21,489 nucleotides of DNA, taken from positions 1 through 21,489 of the forward strand of contig JBHLME010000076.1 in NCBI GenBank assembly GCA_048938445.1, written 5' to 3'. Both the position numbers and the translations under genes were made by a program. Origin of the DNA: Promethearchaeota archaeon. GTDB taxonomy: Archaea; Asgardarchaeota; Lokiarchaeia; Sigyniarchaeales; SOKP01. This document shows, piece after piece, positions 14,566-21,489 of the stretch. Within the stretch, counting starts at the first letter, position 1, and each line of letters starts with the position of its first letter. The notes beneath the pieces are model-generated. The model did no database searches. It was given only the letters and a program-made list of their open reading frames with translations, and was not told where the DNA came from.

Positions 14566-14751
14566 TTTTAAGTTCAATTAATGAGAATCACCAAGAAAAA
14601 TAATTGAAATAATGATTATTTTATTGATAATCTTACCCAGAAGTTAGATGATGTCAATTTGAAATAAACACGCATGATAATTTAGCGAAATTTTGAATAA
14701 CTAGAGACTTTATCCATTTTATTATTCACACATTTCTATTTCAAATACTAA

Positions 14752-14825
14752 GGACATGTAGCTCATGGGGTTAGAGCATTCGGTTCTTTACCGAAAGGAG
14801 GTGGGTTCAAATCCCCCCATGCCTT
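14752..14825 (+). tRNA. Degenerate tRNA, anticodon CUU (Lys); possible pseudogene
   Basis: Acceptor GGACATG/CATGCCT-T; D-arm GCTC/GAGC; anticodon arm TTCGG-TTCTTTA-CCGAA (U37); mismatches in the acceptor and T stems. Confidence 0.72.
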
Positions 14826-15004
14826 CTAATAATGATATTGATAATTATAAATAGAAGAAGGTTCTGAAAGCCTGGATGTAAATTTACTAAAAAAATTTAT
14901 ATGATATTTTTAACTAATTAGGTTATCTTAGTTAGAATTGAAAATTATTTCTATAAACTATATTACCGAGAAACAACTACTTTAGTATAAAAAATTTTTT
15001 AACA

Positions 15005-15106
15005 GCCAAGGTGGCGTAGAAATCTTTAATTTCTGAAGGTTACGAAACCCGGGAACGCACCAGACTGAAGATCTGGGTATCGGGGGTTCAAATCCCCCCC
15101 TTGGCA
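15005..15106 (+). tRNA. tRNA-Phe(GAA) with a 26-28 nt intron in the D-loop (about 15020-15047)
   Basis: Acceptor GCCAAGG/CCTTGGC-A; anticodon arm CCAGA-CTGAAGA-TCTGG; perfect T-arm. The insertion forms a BHB-like structure (CGTA/TACG helix with 3-nt bulges). Confidence 0.9.
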
Positions 15107-15149
15107 TCATTTTATTTTACATCAATCATAGAACCTATTAGAACAATTA

Positions 15150-15971
15150 ATGAACATTCAAGAAATCATTGCAAAAAGTATTTTAACTAAAAGTAATATT
15201 CCTAATGTGGATTTAGTAGTTAATCCATATATTGGTTGTGAACATGGTTGTATATATTGTTATGCGGAATTTATGAAAAGATTTACGGCTCATCACGAAC
15301 CATGGGGGGAATTTCTTGACGCGAAGATTAATTCGCCAGAATTGGTTAAACCACGTGGGCATTATACGAATAAAATTGTCATGTTTAGCTCCGTGACTGA
15401 TCCTTACATCCCACATGAAAGAAAATATGAACTTACTCGAAAAATCCTTTATAGATTGATTCCTTATCAACCATCTATTACTATATTGACTAAATCAGAA
15501 TTATTTATGCGTGATATTGAATTATTCAAACAATTTAAAAATATAGAAGTAGGGATTTCAATTTCTACCCTGAATGATCAATATATGAAACAACTTGAAC
15601 CAAGAGCATCAATCCCTTTGCGGAGATTTAATGCGATTAAAAAATGTCATGATGCAGGTTTAAAAACCTATATCTTTCTCTCTCCAATATTTCCATTTAT
15701 AACTGAAATTGAAGAAATAATGGAAAAAACTGTTGATTATGTTGATTATTTCATGTTTGAAAACCTAAACGTGCGACCTCACAATAGAAAAAGAATTTTT
15801 AATTTTATTAAGAAAAATAAACCTAATTTACTAAGTAAGTATAAAGAAATATTTGATAAACCTCAAGACCATTCCTATTGGGACATGTTATCTGGAAAAA
15901 TTTATAATTTTGGAAAAAAATTTAATGTGGAATGTATAAATTGTTTTCATCATGGAGGTTTTACTAAATAA
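15150..15971 (+). CDS. Radical SAM protein, SplB (spore photoproduct lyase)-like family
   Basis: NPYIGCEHGCIYCYA (CxxxCxxC), SSVTDPY, ILTKS, LEPRAS and SPIFPFIT. Confidence 0.9.
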   Translation: MNIQEIIAKSILTKSNIPNVDLVVNPYIGCEHGCIYCYAEFMKRFTAHHEPWGEFLDAKINSPELVKPRGHYTNKIVMFSSVTDPYIPHERKYELTRKILYRLIPYQPSITILTKSELFMRDIELFKQFKNIEVGISISTLNDQYMKQLEPRASIPLRRFNAIKKCHDAGLKTYIFLSPIFPFITEIEEIMEKTVDYVDYFMFENLNVRPHNRKRIFNFIKKNKPNLLSKYKEIFDKPQDHSYWDMLSGKIYNFGKKFNVECINCFHHGGFTK

Positions 15972-16090
15972 TACTACATTTATCAAATTTACTCTCTTTT
16001 TAATACAATGAATTTATATATATCTTATTTTTATAGTATTTCATATAAAAATTATAATGCAAATCTAAATAGAAAAAAGGGTAAATATTC

Positions 16091-17089
16091 ATGAAGATAA
16101 GATTAGGTTCCATGATTTTTTTTGGAACGATGAAGTTCTTATTTTATATAGTGCTTCCGTTAATTATTATAAATATACTTCAAACTATAGGTATAATGGA
16201 ATTTAATGCTGCCTATGTATGGGGTATAATAATTATTGGAATTATAGGAACTGGTATAACAGTACTTAATCATACCTTCAAAAAGGATACGGTAGCTAGT
16301 GGTTATGCAAGTATTATTGATTCTTTGTATTCGGCAATTTTTATCTTTTATATCTTTGGTGGTTTTACTGTTGGAGATGGATTTGGTAACTTTTCAATAA
16401 GAGTTCCTTTTTCTACGTATAGTATTTTTATTCAAATTGGCATACAAATTATTGCTTATTTATCATTGATTGGTGCTGGTATTAAAATTTTTCAGCATAT
16501 TTTCAGAACGGCAGAGCTTAAAAAAAATCAGGAGTTACATGTAAAAATTAAGAAAAAATTCAGAGCTAGCAAGTTTTTCAGAGTTCTTGGAACTCTTGTT
16601 AACCTTATATTGTTAGTGTATATTGTTAGCATACCATTAAGTGCTCTTAATGTTTCAATTAATTTGGAAGGGGGTGGCCTTTCCTTTGATTGGGATCCAG
16701 GCCCAGATCCCTTAAATATATCTGATGGAGATACTCTGAGCATGTCATTAAAGTTCAATGTCCATAATTATGGGGTATATTCCATTTTGGATGTCCGTCT
16801 TGATATTAATTTATACGTGAAGGATTGTTTTAATGGTACGGAATATTTAATACCTGATAATACACGGATAGGCGGCTCACCTGATCGTGAATACAATTTC
16901 TATCGTTTTACATCAACTATTAGCGAAAATTTCACAATGAGTATCGAACCAATATATGTGCCTGATTTGGTGACTTGTGATGCTACTCTCTTAATCGATA
17001 TATCACTTCACGCTAGATATGCACAATTAACCGCTGATCTCGATGTAATATTTCAACAAAGCTGGGAAAACGTAACTTATGTCCCCTAA
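16091..17089 (+). CDS. Membrane protein with a beta-rich C-terminal, probably extracellular, domain
   Basis: About five hydrophobic segments followed by a beta-strand-rich region (FNVHNYGVYSILDVRLDINLYV). Confidence 0.75.
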   Translation: MKIRLGSMIFFGTMKFLFYIVLPLIIINILQTIGIMEFNAAYVWGIIIIGIIGTGITVLNHTFKKDTVASGYASIIDSLYSAIFIFYIFGGFTVGDGFGNFSIRVPFSTYSIFIQIGIQIIAYLSLIGAGIKIFQHIFRTAELKKNQELHVKIKKKFRASKFFRVLGTLVNLILLVYIVSIPLSALNVSINLEGGGLSFDWDPGPDPLNISDGDTLSMSLKFNVHNYGVYSILDVRLDINLYVKDCFNGTEYLIPDNTRIGGSPDREYNFYRFTSTISENFTMSIEPIYVPDLVTCDATLLIDISLHARYAQLTADLDVIFQQSWENVTYVP

Positions 17090-17133
17090 AAATAATATCT
17101 CTTTTTTTTTCAATTTTAATTTAAAAATTTCAC

Positions 17134-18183
17134 TTAAGGATGTGTAATAATCTTTATGCATTTTTTCTCTCTCATCAATCTGAAACCAATTGATATTAAA
17201 TCATTCAAAGGAATTTCCTGAGTGATTAGCTCATTGAATTTAAGTTTATTATTGGAGATTAATTCAATTGCATCTAAAAAATCTTTGGATGTATAGATAT
17301 AAGAACCTAAAATTTTTCTTTGATATCTTACAATGTTATTTGGTCTTATTTTTGCTTCAGCGTAAGTGTCTTGCCCAAGACACACGAGTTTTGCACCGTG
17401 AGCCCATACTTTTTGAGCTATTTCAAAAGTTTCCGTAAGACCTACTGCATCAATGATAACATCAATTCCTTTACTATCTGTGATTGACATTATTTTTGTT
17501 TTAAAATCTTGGTTTACGGGATTAATGACATGATCCGCTCCCAATTCTTCAGCTTTTTGAATCCGCCACTCATTAATTTCCATTGATATCAAACTTTTTA
17601 ATGGATGGGTTCTAAGGATGGATTGTATCAATAATCCCATCGGTCCAGCACCAATGATCATAACATTATCAGATTCTTTAACGTCTGCGATATTATGACA
17701 ATGAATTGCACAAGATAGAGGTTCTATAAGGGCAACAGATGACATGTTAATATCATTTGGGAGCTTAAAAAGTGAATTTCTTGGCAAAACACAATATTTT
17801 GCAAAACCACCATCTTGAAAAATACCAAAGGTTGTTCCGGTTGCCATGTATTCACAGAGATTAGGAAGCCCTTTCCTACAATACATGCAATAACCACATT
17901 TTTCATTCGGATCTACCGCAACCTTATCTCCTATAGATAAATCTTGAATTTCCTCACCAATTTCTTTGACAATCCCTACAAATTCGTGTCCTAAAATAAT
18001 ATTATCTTTAGCAGGATGGCTACCAGACAGAATTTTTAAATCTGTTCCGCAAATCCCACAAGATATTACTTCTATTAGGACTTGATCGTTTTTATATATC
18101 TGAGGAGCATCAACTTCTTCTAATTTAATTTTACCTCCTTCAGTTTTATTTTTATGAAATACTGCGGCTAACATGTTTTCCAT
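17134..18183 (-). CDS. Zn-dependent medium-chain dehydrogenase (threonine/sorbitol dehydrogenase-like)
   Basis: CGICGTD, LGHEFVG, structural Zn site CGYCMYCRKGLPNLC and NAD-binding GAGPMG. Confidence 0.93.
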   Translation of the reverse strand: MENMLAAVFHKNKTEGGKIKLEEVDAPQIYKNDQVLIEVISCGICGTDLKILSGSHPAKDNIILGHEFVGIVKEIGEEIQDLSIGDKVAVDPNEKCGYCMYCRKGLPNLCEYMATGTTFGIFQDGGFAKYCVLPRNSLFKLPNDINMSSVALIEPLSCAIHCHNIADVKESDNVMIIGAGPMGLLIQSILRTHPLKSLISMEINEWRIQKAEELGADHVINPVNQDFKTKIMSITDSKGIDVIIDAVGLTETFEIAQKVWAHGAKLVCLGQDTYAEAKIRPNNIVRYQRKILGSYIYTSKDFLDAIELISNNKLKFNELITQEIPLNDLISIGFRLMREKKCIKIITHP

Positions 18184-18291
18184 TTCATTATTTAATTCAT
18201 TCAGACAATGAATCTGATATATTTGTAAAATTTCTACTTATGATTTATATTATTGGAAGAATTATAAAGATTAATCTAAAATTTTTTATAG

Positions 18292-19527
18292 TTGGATTCT
18301 ACTAAAAAAGATGATTTTATGAGTAAAGACAAAATTAACGCAAGTAAAGATCGTTGGAACGTGCTGTTATTATTTATGTTAGTAAATATAATCGTACAAA
18401 TGCTCTGGGTAAGTTTTACTACAGTAACTATTGCATCCCAATCATACTATGGTGTTGGAGAAGAAGAAATTTTACTCTTGGCATTGACCTTTATGATTGT
18501 ATATATTCCAGTTACTTTCATCTCAGCTTGGATTATTGATAAATATGATTTTAAAATTGGAGCAAGTATTGGTGCATTCTTCATAGGAATTTTTGGATTC
18601 TTACGTTTTTTTGCCTTTTCAAATTATATACTTGTATTAATTTTTCAAATTGGAATAGCAATAGGTCAACCATTTATTTTAAATGTCTACACTAAGCTTT
18701 CTGCAAATTGGTTTCCTCAAAACGAACGTCAAACAGCAACAGGACTATCCATGCTTTCCCAATTTCTAGGAATTGCCCTTGGGCTATTATTAACTCCTTT
18801 TATTGTTGAGGGTCTTGGAGATCTAGGTATTGGAGTAATGAATCTTATATATGGATTAATTGCAATAATTATTGGATTCCTTTTTATAATGTTCGCTAAA
18901 AACAGACCATCAATAGCACCTTCAAATCAAGTTTCTAGTGAAAAAGTGATGATGACTGAAGGTCTAAAACAATTATTTAGGAATAAATCGTTTATTTTTC
19001 TATTTATATCATTTTTCTTCGGAGTAGGTGTATTAAATTGGTTAATTGGATATAGTGGACTAATCGTAGAAGGAAAAGGATATACTCCAATATTTGCGGG
19101 TGTTTTTAGTAGTTTAATGGTTTTTGGGGGGATTATTGGTTCAGGTGTAATATCAATTCTTGCTGCAAAAGTAAAAAATAGAAAATATTTGATGGTAATA
19201 TCATTCCTAATTGCAACAATCTCGCTATTTGTAATTTCTATTACAAATGAAGCAATCTCACTAAACGTATTTTCATTTTTATTAGGATTCGGAATATTAT
19301 CTGCTGCTCCAGTCGCATTAGAATATGTAGTTGATATAACTAAACCTGTTCCCGAAGCAAGTTCTAATGGAATGTTAATGATGTTTGGCCAAGTTGGAGG
19401 AATTGTTTTAATGCTTGGATTGCTAGATCTAAAATTACCTGATGGGAATTATTTACCCGCATTAATATTACAAGCAATTTTTCTGGCTATTGTTGTAATT
19501 TTAGCCTATTTATTGGAAGAAAAATAG
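18292..19527 (+). CDS. MFS transporter (start may be the ATG at 18319)
   Basis: About 12 TM segments; WIIDKYD motif-A variant; SANWFPQNERQTATG (FLVCR-like MFS pattern). Confidence 0.9.
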   Translation: MDSTKKDDFMSKDKINASKDRWNVLLLFMLVNIIVQMLWVSFTTVTIASQSYYGVGEEEILLLALTFMIVYIPVTFISAWIIDKYDFKIGASIGAFFIGIFGFLRFFAFSNYILVLIFQIGIAIGQPFILNVYTKLSANWFPQNERQTATGLSMLSQFLGIALGLLLTPFIVEGLGDLGIGVMNLIYGLIAIIIGFLFIMFAKNRPSIAPSNQVSSEKVMMTEGLKQLFRNKSFIFLFISFFFGVGVLNWLIGYSGLIVEGKGYTPIFAGVFSSLMVFGGIIGSGVISILAAKVKNRKYLMVISFLIATISLFVISITNEAISLNVFSFLLGFGILSAAPVALEYVVDITKPVPEASSNGMLMMFGQVGGIVLMLGLLDLKLPDGNYLPALILQAIFLAIVVILAYLLEEK

Positions 19528-19532
19528 ATATT

Positions 19533-20087
19533 TTATCCTTTTTTTTTTTCTATTTTTAAAATTTCATTTGCTGCTGCTAAAAAATCGTTTGCTATGATTG
19601 TTGGTTTTATTCTTCTCTCCTCTAAATCATTAATGTGTTCTATACCATGACCGGTTAAGACATAAACAGTTTTAAAACCAGCATTTATACCTAAAAGAAT
19701 GTCACTGGGATGATCTCCTATCATCCACGAATTCTTTAAGTCAATACCAAAATTTTTTTCTGCTTCTTTAATAAATTTAGTCTTGGGTTTTCTACAATCA
19801 CAATTTTCATTAGGAACGTGAGGACAATAATAAGTTTTTACTATTTTGATGTCATTTTCATTAAGTTTTTCTAATACTGCCTCATTAAATCTCTTAAAAG
19901 TATCTAAAGTATAATATCCATATCCAATCCCTGCTTGATTAGTTATGATGAAAAATTCATAATATTTCCCGAGCATTCTTAATCCTTCAATGACTCCAGG
20001 TAAAATCTTTAATTTATCTATTGAAAAATCATAACCGATATCCTCATTTATCGTACCATCTCTATCTAAGAATAATGCCGCTTTCAA
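19533..20087 (-). CDS. gmhB: HAD-family phosphatase, GmhB / histidinol-phosphatase-like
   Basis: FLDRDGTIN, ITNQAGIG, CPH..CDCRKP and MIGDHPSD. Actual substrate not established. Confidence 0.85.
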   Translation of the reverse strand: MKAALFLDRDGTINEDIGYDFSIDKLKILPGVIEGLRMLGKYYEFFIITNQAGIGYGYYTLDTFKRFNEAVLEKLNENDIKIVKTYYCPHVPNENCDCRKPKTKFIKEAEKNFGIDLKNSWMIGDHPSDILLGINAGFKTVYVLTGHGIEHINDLEERRIKPTIIANDFLAAANEILKIEKKKG

Positions 20088-20298
20088 CTTTTGTACTCAA
20101 TATTTTTTTGTTATTAATGTTGAAAAATAATAAAATCTTATAAGGTATTAGATAGATCCAATTCCAACAGATATAAATATTAAAAATCTCTTCTTTAATT
20201 GTATAAACATTACTTTTAATCAATATTTACATGTAAAATAAAAAAAAAGAACTAAAAATTTAATTCAAGAAATTTATTTTTAAAGGTTATAGAAGAAT

Positions 20299-20934
20299 AT
20301 GAATGCTATAAACGGTAATTCAACTGGATTAAATGGAGGAAATTCTTTTAAAAATGTAAATATCATTTGTCCTAAGTGTCAAGAAAAGAAAGTATTAAGT
20401 GTGCCAAAAAAAATAATAAATGAAAGTAAACAATTAACGACAATCTCGATACCAGCAAACTTATGCTGTGAACATAGCTTTCAAGCTTTTATTGATAAAA
20501 ATTTTAAAATTCGAGGTTATCAATTAGTTGACTTTGCGTTTTCTGCCGTTGAATATTTAGATAAAGAAGAAGAAGAACACGCAGTCATACCTGAATTTGA
20601 GAAAATTATTAATCTAATTAGACAATCGGTGGATGAAAAAGATATTCTTGGCGGGGCAATTCTTACAATTGATGGAAAAGTATTATACTCTTCGTTACCT
20701 CATAAAACTTTTTCAAGTACAACGAGGGAATTTGAAGTAAGGGCTAAAAAAAATTTAATAAATGTTCAAAAGATGTTTCTAGAACTTGAAAACGAGCAAA
20801 AAATTTGTTCTCAATACATGGAAGTTAATAATGTAAAATTTATTCTTATACTTGTTTTTGCTAGTACTATTAAATTGGGAATGGGAAACTTACTTCTAAA
20901 AGAATTGACTAAGAAGATAACACACTTATTTTAG
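20299..20934 (+). CDS. Zn-finger plus roadblock/LC7-like domain protein
   Basis: N-terminal CPKC...CCEHSFQAFIDKNFKIRGYQ; C-terminal ILGGAILTIDGKVLYSSLP...KLGMGNLLLK roadblock-like pattern. Confidence 0.75.
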   Translation: MNAINGNSTGLNGGNSFKNVNIICPKCQEKKVLSVPKKIINESKQLTTISIPANLCCEHSFQAFIDKNFKIRGYQLVDFAFSAVEYLDKEEEEHAVIPEFEKIINLIRQSVDEKDILGGAILTIDGKVLYSSLPHKTFSSTTREFEVRAKKNLINVQKMFLELENEQKICSQYMEVNNVKFILILVFASTIKLGMGNLLLKELTKKITHLF

Positions 20935-20943
20935 GGATTTAAT

Positions 20944-21489
20944 TTATACCTGATTTGAACCGATATTTAAAAGATACATAAATAATTCATCAAGCCCTTC
21001 ACCCGTGATTGATGAAGTTATGAAAAATGGATAATCATATTGAACTGCTAATTTTGTGGCTTTATTTATAATATTATCACGATCTTCAACTAAATCGATC
21101 TTATTTCCTACGAGAATATAGGATACGGTCTTATCTTTAATAAAATGTTGGGCTTCTGCTATCCATTCTGGAATTTGATCGAAGGTCTCACTTCTCGAAC
21201 AGTCAAACAGTATTATTACAGCCTTAGATTCATCATAAAAATTTTTACGAACCTTAGCAAAGCTTTTTAGACCACCAAAATCAAATAGATAAAAAGTAAC
21301 AGCAATGTTTTTAGTGACTTGTAATTCTTTTTTAACAATACTGACTCCGATTGTAGGTTTATAAGAATCTTCAGGAATTCCATTTATATACATGTTAACT
21401 AATGAACTCTTTCCTACAGCTTCAGCACAAGTTATGATAATTTTATTGATAATTTGTTTTGAGCGTTCTATATTATTATTAGATTTAAG
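20944..21489 (-). CDS. Rab/Ras-like small GTPase domain (5' end lies beyond the window)
   Basis: The frame is open to 21489. G1 KIIITCAEAVGKSSL (upstream of the ORF-track start), G2 YKPTIG, G3 DFGGL, G4 NKID, G5 TSSITG. Confidence 0.9.
   Translation of the reverse strand, partial: LKSNNNIERSKQIINKIIITCAEAVGKSSLVNMYINGIPEDSYKPTIGVSIVKKELQVTKNIAVTFYLFDFGGLKSFAKVRKNFYDESKAVIILFDCSRSETFDQIPEWIAEAQHFIKDKTVSYILVGNKIDLVEDRDNIINKATKLAVQYDYPFFITSSITGEGLDELFMYLLNIGSNQV

Noticed and set aside
6484-15106. CRISPR array or integrated provirus/transposon explaining the periodic repeats
   Set aside because: The periodic GGTTCRAATCC repeats are tRNA T-arms. No cas, integrase, transposase or capsid gene, and no att direct repeat, was seen in the window.
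15213-18539. Short ORFs 15213..15470, 16528..16758, 17724..17906 and 18354..18539
   Set aside because: Antisense or alternate-frame overlaps within well-supported CDSs.

Overview
AT-rich archaeal DNA, most likely Asgard (Lokiarchaeia-like). This is inferred from multi-TM proteins with longin/roadblock-like C-termini, a Zn-finger/roadblock protein, a Rab-like GTPase, TATA/BRE promoters and a BHB-type tRNA intron. The main feature is missed by the ORF track: 27 tRNA genes plus one 5' tRNA fragment. Twenty-five intron-less, divergent tRNAs form three arrays: A (6484-7420, minus strand, 10 genes), B (8001-8983, plus strand, 10 genes) and C (13611-14064, minus strand, 5 Leu/Ser genes). Together they cover all 20 amino acids, with exactly one U34 tRNA per four-codon box and a rare tRNA-Ile(UAU). 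This looks like a self-contained minimal decoding set separate from the housekeeping tRNAs, of which the intact, intron-containing tRNA-Phe at 15005 is a likely example. The arrays share non-coding elements: a homologous spacer motif after the second tRNA of both A and B, and a CGAC-N8-GTCG motif at nearly the same distance from identical TATA-like boxes in both divergent intergenic regions. Neighbouring genes encode an AlkD-like protein, DUF362, two orphan CheR-like methyltransferases, a corrinoid protein plus a UroD/MtbA-like methyltransferase, an SplB-like radical SAM protein, a Zn-dependent dehydrogenase, an MFS transporter and a GmhB-like phosphatase. All tRNAs were folded by eye, so coordinates may be off by 1-2 nt.
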